A DNA stretch of 60,117 bases from an uncultured Candidatus Competibacteraceae bacterium (GCA_937960715.1 CALGOO010000171.1:1-60117), one strand, 5' to 3'. Positions 25,447 to 34,912 are shown, numbered from the stretch's first letter. Notes: a model not told the origin generated them from the sequence alone. A program made the numbers and translations.

Positions 25447-27090
25447 GTGAATCCACAACTGCGCCGCAAGCTCGATCACATCACCGACACCCTCTGGGCC
25501 GGTGGCGTGACCAATCCGGTGACTTATATCGAGCAGATTTCCTACCTCATCTTCCTGAAACTGCTGGACGAGGAGGAATCCGACCGCGAGCTGCGCATCC
25601 GCCTGGGCGCGACGGGCGGCAACGCCAAACTGCTGTTCCCGGCGCAGGCCGAGCGTTATCGCTGGAACAAATGGCGCTTCAAGAGCGGCAACGCGCTGCG
25701 CGATTTCATCCGCGATGAGGTATTTCCCTACATGGCCTCGCTCGCCAGGGACGAGCCGGAAGTGGCGGAATATTTCCGCGATGCGGTGCTGGAGATCGTC
25801 GATCCCAACGTGCTCAAGCAGGTCATCGACGAACTCGACGGTTTTGAATTCCGCAAGCTCGGGCCGGACGTGAAGGGCGACATCTTTGAATACCTGCTGG
25901 TGCATCTCGGTTCCAGCGCGCTCAACGGCCAGTTTCGCACCCCGCGCCAGATTCGCGCCTTTATGGTCGAGATGGTCGATCCCGACCTCGGCGATGCCCT
26001 TTTTGATCCTGCCTGCGGCACGGCGGGTTTCCTGATCGATGCGGTGGATTTCCTGCTCGCCAAGTATTCCGATCACATCAGCGAATACCCGATTTACGGC
26101 GAGGACTGGCTGGACAAGAAGGGCAAGACGGTCGCCGAACTCAAGGCCGAGAACCCGCGCTTGCAGACTTATCGCAAGGGCGCGGGGGAAAAGATTCCGG
26201 AGTGGGCGTTGCTGGAAAGCGCGATTTACGGGACCGATGTGTCGCGCCAGATGGTGCGGATCAGCATGATGAATCTGGTGCTGCACGGTATCCGTCACGC
26301 ACGGCTCAAGCGCGCCAATTCGCTATCCGACATGGGCGGACTATCCGAGGACGATCTGCGCCGCCGCTACCAGGTGATCCTGGCTAATCCGCCGTTTGCC
26401 GGTCAGTTGCCCAAGGATTCGATCCGCGCCGACCTGCCCACCCACAGCAAGAAAAGCGAGTTGCTGTTTTTGTCGCTGATGATGCTGCACCTCGCTCCCG
26501 GCGGGCGCTGCGCGGTGGTCGTGCCCGAAGGGCTGCTGTTCGGCTCCACCGGCGCGCACGTCGATCTGCGCAAGAAGCTGATCAACGACTTTGATCTGCT
26601 GGCGGTGGTGAGCCTGCCGGCGGGTGTGTTCAAGCCTTACGCGGGCGTCAAAACCGCCGTACTGGTGTTTCGCCGGCCTGCTTCCACGAGCGCCGCCCGG
26701 CTGGATAAAGTCTGGTTCTACGAGGTGCGGAACGACGGTTACGACCCGGACAAGGTCGCGGGCGGCGGTCGCGTGGAAACGCCGGACAAGAGCGACATTC
26801 CCGACCTGCTCGCCCAGTGGAAAACCTACAAGGCCGGCGGCTTCAAAACCCCGCCGGGACTGGAAGCGAACAGCTTGTTACCGCACGGCAGCGCAGAACC
26901 GAGTTGCTGGTGGACCACGAAGGAGAAGCTCATTGAGGCGGATTACAACCTCGGCGCCGGGCAGTGGAAGCCGCGCGTGGCGGAGAAAGTCAGCGATGAA
27001 GACCCGTGTGAGTTGGTGAAGGAAGTTCTCGCCGATTACCGGCATGTGGTGGCGGGACTGGAAAAGCTGTTGGCGGAGTTAGAGGAATGA
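25447..27090 (+). CDS. hsdM: Type I R-M N6-adenine methyltransferase subunit M
   Basis: WAGGVTNP...IEQISYLIF, GQFRTPR, DPACGTAGFL, NPPF; GTG start at 25447. Confidence 0.95.
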   Translation: MNPQLRRKLDHITDTLWAGGVTNPVTYIEQISYLIFLKLLDEEESDRELRIRLGATGGNAKLLFPAQAERYRWNKWRFKSGNALRDFIRDEVFPYMASLARDEPEVAEYFRDAVLEIVDPNVLKQVIDELDGFEFRKLGPDVKGDIFEYLLVHLGSSALNGQFRTPRQIRAFMVEMVDPDLGDALFDPACGTAGFLIDAVDFLLAKYSDHISEYPIYGEDWLDKKGKTVAELKAENPRLQTYRKGAGEKIPEWALLESAIYGTDVSRQMVRISMMNLVLHGIRHARLKRANSLSDMGGLSEDDLRRRYQVILANPPFAGQLPKDSIRADLPTHSKKSELLFLSLMMLHLAPGGRCAVVVPEGLLFGSTGAHVDLRKKLINDFDLLAVVSLPAGVFKPYAGVKTAVLVFRRPASTSAARLDKVWFYEVRNDGYDPDKVAGGGRVETPDKSDIPDLLAQWKTYKAGGFKTPPGLEANSLLPHGSAEPSCWWTTKEKLIEADYNLGAGQWKPRVAEKVSDEDPCELVKEVLADYRHVVAGLEKLLAELEE

Positions 27091-28379
27091 GGTGGTTGCA
27101 GACAACTATAGGTGAAATCTGCTTGCCAACCGTGCAAATAGATCCCACTCGAAAGGGCACAGAAAGCTTTCGCTATATAGACATCGCAGGTATTGATCGA
27201 GAGCAAAAAACTATTTTCCGTGCTGATCCTAGCCCATGCGAGTCTGCACCCAGTCGTGCCCGAAAGCTTGTCCAAGCTGGAGATGTCTTGGTCTCTACTG
27301 TTCGCCCTAATCTAAATGCGGTTGCACTCGTACCTGAAGAGCTTGATGGTGAAATCGCCTCAACTGGCTTTTCCGTGCTTCGTGCAAATCAAAAACTCGT
27401 TAATCCTCACTATTTGTTTTATCGGGTACAGCACCAAGAGTTTGTTGCCTGCCTAGTGGCAAACGCTACGGGCGCAAGTTATCCCGCCGTAACGGATGGT
27501 GTAGTTCGACGTGTTTTCTTACCCTTGCCGTCCCTGAAGGAGCAAGCCCGCATCGTCGAAATTCTCGACGAAGCCGACCGGTTGCGCCGACTGCGCCGTG
27601 TGGCCGACTCCAAAGCCACCCGCATTCTACCTGCGCTGTTTCTCAAGATGTTTGGCGATCCTGAAACTAATTTGAAAAACTTTCCGGTTGTAAAATTGGG
27701 AACCATGATTGAGGATGGTCCACAAAATGGACTCTATAAACCGAGTTCAGCCTATGGTAAAGGCGTCCGAATCCTGAGAATAGATGGTTTTTATTCCGGT
27801 CAAATAACCGATATTTCGGTCTTAAAACGCTTGGAAATTCGCCCTAATGAAATCGCAAAATATGGCCTCCATGAAAATGATATCGTCATAAATCGTGTGA
27901 ATAGTGAAGAATATCTAGGAAAATCGGCAATCATTCCTAAACTCGATGAATCAGTTGTCTTTGAATCGAATATGATGCGGCTTTCAGTCGATTTGACACA
28001 AATAGATCCACTCTTCTTGATCGCACATCTCCAGACGCCATTCACGAAAAAAGAAATTCTCCAAAAAGCAAAAAGAGCCATTAACCAAGCAAGTATCAAT
28101 CAGCAGGACATTCGAGCATTATCTATTCTCAAACCTCCGATAGAATTGCAAATTCGTTTTGCCTCAATTGTCCAAGGAGCCAACGCAACGCTTTCAGTAA
28201 TGGCAGCTACCATAGGTAAACTGGATCATCTTTTCGATCTTCTTCTACATCAAGCCTTCTCCGGCCAACTCACCGCCAAGTGGCGCGAAGCGCACAGCAA
28301 AGAACTGCTGGCCGAAATGGAGCAGCAGGCCCGGCTGCTGAACCTGCCGCTTCCGAAAGAATTGGAACTTGCCCCATGA
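27087..28379 (+). CDS. hsdS: Type I R-M specificity subunit S
   Basis: Two TRDs with conserved PLPSLKEQARI and PPIELQIRF segments and central MFGDP; ATGA overlap with hsdM. Confidence 0.93.
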   Translation: MRWLQTTIGEICLPTVQIDPTRKGTESFRYIDIAGIDREQKTIFRADPSPCESAPSRARKLVQAGDVLVSTVRPNLNAVALVPEELDGEIASTGFSVLRANQKLVNPHYLFYRVQHQEFVACLVANATGASYPAVTDGVVRRVFLPLPSLKEQARIVEILDEADRLRRLRRVADSKATRILPALFLKMFGDPETNLKNFPVVKLGTMIEDGPQNGLYKPSSAYGKGVRILRIDGFYSGQITDISVLKRLEIRPNEIAKYGLHENDIVINRVNSEEYLGKSAIIPKLDESVVFESNMMRLSVDLTQIDPLFLIAHLQTPFTKKEILQKAKRAINQASINQQDIRALSILKPPIELQIRFASIVQGANATLSVMAATIGKLDHLFDLLLHQAFSGQLTAKWREAHSKELLAEMEQQARLLNLPLPKELELAP

Positions 28380-29470
28380 GCGCAAAGGTACCGGCGCACT
28401 ACACCGCCTTGCTGAGCGACATCAAGCAGCGCATCCGCCATGCCCAGACGCGGGCGGTGCTGGCGGTCAACGCCGAACTGATCCGCCTCTACTGGGAGAT
28501 CGGCGCTCTGATCGACGCCCGACAGAAACAGGAAGGCTGGGGCGCGGCGGTGATTCCCCGCCTGGCGGCCGATCTGCACAACGATCTGCCGGAAGAGAAG
28601 GGCTTTTCCGAGCGCAACATCAAACGCATGTTGGCGTTTTACCGCGAATATCCGGCGCTTGAATTAGCGCCACCGGCGGTGGCATTCCCACAGGCCAGCG
28701 CAGAAGTGCCACAGCCTGTGGCACTTTTTACGCCGGAGATGGTGCTGGCACTGCCCTGGGGGCACCACGCAGTGCTGATGGAAAAGATCAAGGATGCCGC
28801 CACCCGCCAGTGGTACATGCGCGCCTCGGTCGAAAACGGCTGGAGCCGCAATATCCTGCTGATGCAAATTGAATCGGCGGCACACACGCGGCAAGGCGCG
28901 GCCGCCAGCAATTTTGCGCTGCGCCTGCCGGCGCCCGATTCCGACCTGGTGCAGCAAACCCTGAAGGACCCATATCTGTTCGATTTTCTGACACTGCAAG
29001 AGCCTTTCCACGAACGGGAATTGGAAACCGGCCTCATCGCCCATCTGGAAAAATTTCTGCTCGAACTCGGTCGGGGTTTTGCTTTCGTGGGACGGCAATA
29101 CCACTTGGACATTGGCGAGCAGGATTTCTACATCGACCTGCTGTTCTATCACCTCAAGCTGCGCCGCTACGTGGTGATCGAACTCAAGCGCGGCGCTTTC
29201 AAACCGGAATACGCCGGCAAGATAAACTTCTATTGCAACGTAGTAGACGACCATCTGCGCCACGGCGATGACAAGCCGACCATCGGCCTGATTCTATGCC
29301 AGCAACCCAACCGCGTGTTGGCCGAGTATGCGCTGCGCGGCATGGATAAACCCATCGGCGTATCGAGTTTCGAGCTGACCCGCGCCCTGCCCGAAACTTT
29401 ACAATCCAGCCTGCCCAGTATCGAGGACATCGAGCGCGAGTTGGGCGATGTCAACGGAGATACCTCGTGA
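28376..29470 (+). CDS. YhcG/DUF1016-family PD-(D/E)XK nuclease
   Basis: AVNAELIRLYWEIG, GFSERN, KDPYLFDFL, LLELGRGFAFVGRQ, IDLLFYH, VIELK. Confidence 0.93.
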   Translation: MSAKVPAHYTALLSDIKQRIRHAQTRAVLAVNAELIRLYWEIGALIDARQKQEGWGAAVIPRLAADLHNDLPEEKGFSERNIKRMLAFYREYPALELAPPAVAFPQASAEVPQPVALFTPEMVLALPWGHHAVLMEKIKDAATRQWYMRASVENGWSRNILLMQIESAAHTRQGAAASNFALRLPAPDSDLVQQTLKDPYLFDFLTLQEPFHERELETGLIAHLEKFLLELGRGFAFVGRQYHLDIGEQDFYIDLLFYHLKLRRYVVIELKRGAFKPEYAGKINFYCNVVDDHLRHGDDKPTIGLILCQQPNRVLAEYALRGMDKPIGVSSFELTRALPETLQSSLPSIEDIERELGDVNGDTS

Positions 29471-31161
29471 GCCGCCGCCTCACCGCCCTGCGCGTCGGCA
29501 ACTTCAAGGCGTTTGCCAATACCCAGCGCATCCCGCTCAAGCCCATCACCCTGATCTTCGGCCCCAACAGCGCCGGCAAATCCAGCTTCATTCACAGCCT
29601 GGCGCTGGCCCACGAAGCGCAATTTGGCCGCGACAAGCGCAGCCTCGCCCGCCTCGATGTCCATCACACCGATATCGGGGGCAGCAGCATCGATCTCGGC
29701 GGTTTTCGCCAATATATCCATCGTGGCCAAGCCAACCGCCGGGTCGAATGGGGCGCGGAATTGGCGGTCGCCAGCTTCGGCGGACGTCTCGCACAACTGC
29801 TCGCACCGGTGAACACGATTACGGTGACGCTCTGCCTGGGCATTGAACTAGACGATCAGGACCGCCCCAAACCGGGCGCCGCGCCGAAGGTGGAAGCCAT
29901 CGAGATCAGCGCCGACAGCGCCGAACTGCTGCGCATGAGCCGCCGACGTTCCGACGCTCACGGCAGCCTCCTGCGCCTGGACCGTCTGGATGCCGCTCAT
30001 CCCGTTTTCCGGCAGGTGCTCAAGGCCATCGTCGAATCCGCCACCACCTCCGAAGAGATGCGCCCGGAAGACTTCGAGGGCGCCAACACGGCCATCGCCG
30101 ACCTGCTGCCCGAGTTGCAAGTCCGCGTCGAACAGTTTTTCCCGACCGCCGTGGAACTGCCCAAGGCTGAAGGCGCGGAACTCTCGCCCGTCAGCCTGCT
30201 GTTCCCGATCAGCAAGGGCAATCGGCGCGAAGACATCGCCCAAGCCGTGCGTTTCTATCTGCCCCGCACGATCAACGACCTCGTCAAGGGACTTTCCGAC
30301 GTGCTGGCCGATGAACTCAAACACCTTCAGTATCTCGGCCCCCTGCGCTCCTTCCCGCCCCGCCACCTCGCCTTTGCCGAGCACGAAGACGCCAACTGGT
30401 ACGCCGGGGGCGGCTATGCGTGGGACGTGGTGCGGCGCGATGACCAAGTGCGCGAAGTGGTGAACGGCTGGTTGGGTTCCGACAAACTGAAGACGCCCTA
30501 CAAGCTCGTCGTGCGTTCGCTTTTCGGTATGGATACCATCGAAGAGGTTATTGAGTCTCGATTGGAAGAGATCGAAAAAAGTGAACTTGACTTCATGCCT
30601 GGTGATTTTCAGGAAAATCCTGCTGCTTACCCTCAAATTGGTCTTCCGTATCTCAGGGATCATCAAAAATCTCTTGAGAAAACGATTGCGGCTTTTCAAG
30701 AAGAACCGGGCAGATTGCTGAGTGAGCTAGTCCTGATTGATAAGCGTATTAACACGGTCGTCACTCACCGAGACGTGGGTATTGGCATCTCTCAAGTTCT
30801 TCCCGTTCTGGTCATGGCCTACGGTTCACAGGGTAAGCTGATCGCCATGGAACAACCGGAAATCCACCTCCATCCGGCATTGCAAGCGGAATTGGGCGAT
30901 GTCTTTATCGAAGCCGCACTCGGCGAGCGCCAAAACACTTTCATTCTGGAAACCCACAGCGAGCATTTGATTTTGCGATTAATGCGCAGAATCCGTGAGG
31001 GAAAGATCCATCCGGACGATGTCGGGGTGGTATTCGTCGAACCGTCGAGTCATGGGAGCCGATTGATCGAATTGCGCCTGGATGAAGAGGGTGATTTCAT
31101 CGACGAGTGGCCTGGAGGCTTTTTCGAGGAGTCCTTCCACGAGAAATTCGCGGGGCGCTGA
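29467..31161 (+). CDS. ABC-type ATPase (AAA_15/AAA_21) with C-terminal DUF3696
   Basis: NFKAF, GPNSAGKSS, DVGIGISQVLP, EQPEIHLHP, ETHSEH, DEWPGGFF. Confidence 0.9.
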   Translation: MSRRLTALRVGNFKAFANTQRIPLKPITLIFGPNSAGKSSFIHSLALAHEAQFGRDKRSLARLDVHHTDIGGSSIDLGGFRQYIHRGQANRRVEWGAELAVASFGGRLAQLLAPVNTITVTLCLGIELDDQDRPKPGAAPKVEAIEISADSAELLRMSRRRSDAHGSLLRLDRLDAAHPVFRQVLKAIVESATTSEEMRPEDFEGANTAIADLLPELQVRVEQFFPTAVELPKAEGAELSPVSLLFPISKGNRREDIAQAVRFYLPRTINDLVKGLSDVLADELKHLQYLGPLRSFPPRHLAFAEHEDANWYAGGGYAWDVVRRDDQVREVVNGWLGSDKLKTPYKLVVRSLFGMDTIEEVIESRLEEIEKSELDFMPGDFQENPAAYPQIGLPYLRDHQKSLEKTIAAFQEEPGRLLSELVLIDKRINTVVTHRDVGIGISQVLPVLVMAYGSQGKLIAMEQPEIHLHPALQAELGDVFIEAALGERQNTFILETHSEHLILRLMRRIREGKIHPDDVGVVFVEPSSHGSRLIELRLDEEGDFIDEWPGGFFEESFHEKFAGR

Positions 31162-31163
31162 AG

Positions 31164-32177
31164 ATGCTTGTTCCATTTGTCATTGATGTTGACAGCCTTG
31201 CTCCTGATCCCGGATGGACGCCGGCGCAGCTTCAGACCTGCCATCAGTCCCTACTCGATGTTTGGCAACGCATTGGAATTCTCAAGCACGATACTGATCG
31301 CTTTGAAACTTCGCGCCTTCAACAGGCCGTCCAGCAGTTGCCCCAAAAGATTCGGCCGCAATGGCTCGCCATGCTTCAGCGTAATCTTCTGCTGGCTTGC
31401 GGTAATGGTTGGGACGGAAATGTCACCCCAAACAGTATCAACCAACTCGATGGTATTGCGCAGGTCGCTTTGGTCGATGACACACGCGCCGAAGTGGATT
31501 TTGGACTCTCCGAAGAGGTGTTGTCTTCCCCAGCCCAAGGCATCCCGAATGTGGAGGTTTGCAGAATCCTGGCGGCAGCGCACGCAAAGACTTTCCGGGA
31601 TGCGCTCGCCAGATCGACCGCCCACATCGAACCGAAAGAAACATTCAGGGATATTTGGACGCAACGTTTCAAATCGCTGGCTTGCGCGCCCATCAAGCGC
31701 GTTGTCATCGTCGATCGGTTCGTGATCGGACAACTATTCAATCCGCCGCACCAGCAGCTTTCTGGATTGGACCGCTTTTTGAGGCTGTTGGACGCGGACG
31801 CCAGTGGGCCTCGGCATGTCACTCTTTACTCTTCATGGGCAGATCTTCCGAGAGCAACCGGGATAGCTGAAATAGAAGCCGAAATTAACCTGGCGATGAA
31901 CCGGTTGCAGCACAGAAATATCAAGCAATTGAAAGTAGTGATGCTCCCAAACGCGATCTTTGGCGATGTCGCCCATGACCGCTTTATCCGATTCGAAAGG
32001 GTGGTCTGGGATATCGGATTGGGGTTGAAAGTCTTCGAAGGAGCCTTTGCAGCCGAACGGTCTTCGGCTACGTTCAAGGCAGAGAAAGTTGCAGTGGATA
32101 GTTACAAAAAGGTAGAAGCGGAACTTGCGCGACATCCGCAAGCAAAATCTTGGGTTCTCCCATCCCCACTGGGCTAA
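31164..32177 (+). CDS. Hypothetical protein with C-terminal PLD-like (MIT_C-type) motif
   Basis: ATG 2 nt after the ATPase stop; VVIVDRF and HDRFIRF...IGLGLKVF. Confidence 0.65.
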   Translation: MLVPFVIDVDSLAPDPGWTPAQLQTCHQSLLDVWQRIGILKHDTDRFETSRLQQAVQQLPQKIRPQWLAMLQRNLLLACGNGWDGNVTPNSINQLDGIAQVALVDDTRAEVDFGLSEEVLSSPAQGIPNVEVCRILAAAHAKTFRDALARSTAHIEPKETFRDIWTQRFKSLACAPIKRVVIVDRFVIGQLFNPPHQQLSGLDRFLRLLDADASGPRHVTLYSSWADLPRATGIAEIEAEINLAMNRLQHRNIKQLKVVMLPNAIFGDVAHDRFIRFERVVWDIGLGLKVFEGAFAAERSSATFKAEKVAVDSYKKVEAELARHPQAKSWVLPSPLG

Positions 32178-32184
32178 CATCGAC

Positions 32185-32250
32185 CTGCGCTAAGCCGACG
32201 CCGAGCGACTGGAACCCTGGGCGAAAACCATCCTCGACGCAAAGAGTTGA
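32185..32250 (+). pseudogene. Degenerate remnant of an rpn/DUF4351 3' end
   Basis: Translates LR*ADAERLEPWAKTILDAKS* versus Rpn LRQADTQQLETWAENIFDAKEL (22915-22980). Confidence 0.72.
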
Positions 32251-32394
32251 TCAACTCGCCCGGATCAAGGCCGAACTGATTCAGCGATTTTCGCCCCTAT
32301 TGCAACAGATTTGCCAGCAGATAGATCATGTGCTTTATGTCCTTATACCATTTCCTGTTAGGTTTTGTTTTTTCAGGGGTCAAAAACTGTTCCA

Positions 32395-32469
32395 TTCGTC
32401 ATACCCGCGAAAGCGGGTATCCAGTGGTTCGGTGGCTGACTGGATTCCCGCCTTCGCGGGAATGACGAA
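32395..32469. repeat. REP doublet (REPIN-like; GTCATTCCCGCG...GCGGGAATCC class)
   Basis: TTCGTCATACCCGCGAAAGCGGGTATCCAGT-spacer-ACTGGATTCCCGCCTTCGCGGGAATGACGAA inverted pair. Confidence 0.8.
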
Positions 32470-32779
32470 AATCTATTCAGAATTAGTATTACGTCGTCAT
32501 GATGAAGAGACAGAACGGCCTCCTCGACATCTGGTGAAGGACAGCTATCAGGCGCATGGGGAGCGATTGGCCGGTGCATCGAGTCACCCCCGCTCACAAT
32601 AATCATGGGAACCGACAGGTGGCGAGACCGCTCCCAGGGCAATCGCCCCATGTGTTTTTATCAATATTTATCAAATATTTGAAAAATACAGGCAGGGTGC
32701 GTTGACAAATCAATATTCAGTTAAACCAATTTCTTACACTGACACAGCCCGATTGCCCTGGGACCGCCCCGGCGGGCGC

Positions 32780-32808
32780 TTGTCAAGCCCGCCCGGTCAC
32801 CGTACCAT
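32780..32808 (+). promoter_or_regulatory. Putative sigma70 promoter of dapA
   Basis: TTGTCA-N17-TACCAT ending about 35 nt upstream of the ATG. Confidence 0.5.
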
Positions 32809-32842
32809 GCGGCGATTGCGGGTACACCGGGAGCATAAGATC

Positions 32843-33715
32843 ATGTTTCGTGGCAGTATGGTGGCGGTGGTAACGCCGATGAAGGAAGACGGGGCGCTGG
32901 ATTTCGAGGCGCTGGCGCGGTTGGTGGAGTTTCACATCGAAAATGGCACCGACGCCATCATTTCCGTCGGCACCACCGGCGAGTCGGCGACCGTGGATTT
33001 CGAGGAGCACATCCAGGTCGTACGCCGGGTGGTGGAACTGGTCAGGAACCGGATTCCGGTCATCGCCGGCACCGGCGCCAATTCGACCGCCGAAGCCCTG
33101 CATCTGACCCAGCGCGCCATGGAGGCCGGGGCCGACGCCTGCCTCCTGGTGACTCCGTATTACAACAAGCCGACCCAGGAAGGACTGTACCGGCATTACC
33201 ATCTCATCGCCGACAGCGTGGCGATTCCGCAGATTCTCTACAACGTGCCGGGCCGCACCGCCTGCGATCTGAAGCCGGAAACGGTGGAGCGGCTGGCCGA
33301 TATTCCCAACATCGTCGGCATCAAGGAAGCCAGCACGCTGGAACGCATTCAGGACCTGGTGCGCCGCCTGGGCGACCGCATGGACGTCTACAGCGGCGAC
33401 GACGGTATCGCCGCCGAAGCCATGCTCGGCGGGGCCAAGGGGGTGATTTCGGTGACGGCCAACGTCGCTCCACGCCTGATGCGCGAGATGGCCGCCGCCG
33501 CGCTGGCTGGCGACCGCGCCCAAACCGAGGCCATCAACGCGCGGCTGGTCGGCTTGCACCAGGCGCTGTTTCTCGAATCCAATCCCATCCCGGTGAAATG
33601 GGCGGTCCATCAGTTGGGCCTGATTCCGCCGGGCATTCGCCTGCCGCTGACACCGCTGTCCGAGTCTTGCCAGTCGGCGGTGCGCGCGGCGATGCAACAG
33701 GCCGGAGTGATCTGA
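32843..33715 (+). CDS. dapA: 4-hydroxy-tetrahydrodipicolinate synthase
   Basis: GTTGES, PYYNKP, YNVPGRT, GIKEA, ESNPIPVK. Confidence 0.97.
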   Translation: MFRGSMVAVVTPMKEDGALDFEALARLVEFHIENGTDAIISVGTTGESATVDFEEHIQVVRRVVELVRNRIPVIAGTGANSTAEALHLTQRAMEAGADACLLVTPYYNKPTQEGLYRHYHLIADSVAIPQILYNVPGRTACDLKPETVERLADIPNIVGIKEASTLERIQDLVRRLGDRMDVYSGDDGIAAEAMLGGAKGVISVTANVAPRLMREMAAAALAGDRAQTEAINARLVGLHQALFLESNPIPVKWAVHQLGLIPPGIRLPLTPLSESCQSAVRAAMQQAGVI

Positions 33716-33721
33716 CCCGCC

Positions 33722-34906
33722 ATGACGATACGTCTTTCCTCTCCCCTGCGGCGCGCGGCGCCGCTCGCCGCCGCGCTGACGACGCTGACCGCCTGCTCCA
33801 CGACCTTCGATACCCTGTTGCCCGACCGACGGCCGGATTATCGCCAGAGCAAGCCGGGACAGACGCTTGCAGTGCCGCCGGACCTGACCTCGTCCACCAT
33901 CGACGACACGCTGGTGGTGCCGGAGATCAACCCGGCCGGCTCGGCCAGCCTGTCGGCCTACGCGGGCGAGCGCGGCGATTCGCGGCAACCGCAAGCCAGG
34001 AAAGCCGAAACGGTGTTGCCGCCGCAGACCGGCATCACTTTGGAGCAGGACGGCAACCAGCGCTGGCTGCGGATCGCGGCCCCGGCCGATCAGGTCTGGC
34101 CCAAGGTACGGGAATTCTGGATCAGCAACGGTTTTGCCCTGAAGCGCGATGATCCGACCATCGGCATCATGGAAACCGACTGGGTGGAAAACCGCGCGGA
34201 CATTCCCCAGGACGGCGTGCGCGCCATCCTGAAAAAATATTTGGACGTTCTCTATTCATCGCCTACTCGCGACCGGTTTCGCACCCGGCTGGAACGGAGC
34301 GCCGACGGTCAGAGCACCGAGGTCTACCTGACCCACTCCGGGGTGGAAGAAATCGCGATGGGCGGCGCCAGCGCCAGTTCCACCAATACCTACATCTGGC
34401 AGCGGCGGCCCTCGGATCCCGAACTGGAAGCCGAGATGCTCAATCGGCTGACGGTTTATCTGGGCGCGTCGGAGAAACGCGCCGAAGCCCAAAAGGCCAA
34501 GGCGGGGACAACCCCGGCCGGGCCGCGCGTGCGGCTGGTCGAGCAGGGTGGCGAGAGCCAACTGGTGATCGGCGAAGACTATTCCCGCGCCTGGCGACTG
34601 GTGGGGCTGGCCTTGGACGGCGGCAATTACGCGGTCGAGGAGCAGAACCGTGGCCAGGGGTTGTACGTGGTCGAGTATCGCGATCCCGAACAGGAAAACC
34701 AGAAACCAGGAGACGAAGGGTGGTTGTCCAAGCTGGCGTTCTGGCGAAGCAAGCCGGACGCGCCGCCGCCGGGAACTCGTTACCGGGTTCGGTTGGCGGG
34801 CCAGGGCCAGCAAACGGTCGTGGTCGTGCGCAACGCCAGCGATCAGCCGGATAACTCGCCCGGCGCCCGGCAGGTGCTGGAAACCTTGCGGACGGTGATC
34901 AAGTAA
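33722..34906 (+). CDS. bamC: Outer membrane protein assembly lipoprotein
   Basis: Lipobox LTAC, LAVPPDL, GIMETDW, RDRFRTRLE; canonical position after dapA. Confidence 0.9.
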   Translation: MTIRLSSPLRRAAPLAAALTTLTACSTTFDTLLPDRRPDYRQSKPGQTLAVPPDLTSSTIDDTLVVPEINPAGSASLSAYAGERGDSRQPQARKAETVLPPQTGITLEQDGNQRWLRIAAPADQVWPKVREFWISNGFALKRDDPTIGIMETDWVENRADIPQDGVRAILKKYLDVLYSSPTRDRFRTRLERSADGQSTEVYLTHSGVEEIAMGGASASSTNTYIWQRRPSDPELEAEMLNRLTVYLGASEKRAEAQKAKAGTTPAGPRVRLVEQGGESQLVIGEDYSRAWRLVGLALDGGNYAVEEQNRGQGLYVVEYRDPEQENQKPGDEGWLSKLAFWRSKPDAPPPGTRYRVRLAGQGQQTVVVVRNASDQPDNSPGARQVLETLRTVIK

Positions 34907-34912
34907 ACCGCG

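Noticed and set aside
32150-32651. ORFs 32150-32602+ and 32373-32651-
   Set aside because: They are translations of the REP element (WIPAFAGMT) and the rpn remnant, not genes.
32702-32713. TTGACAAATCAA as an FNR box
   Set aside because: Half-site spacing is 2 rather than 4 nt; at most a -35-like hexamer in an AT-rich tract.
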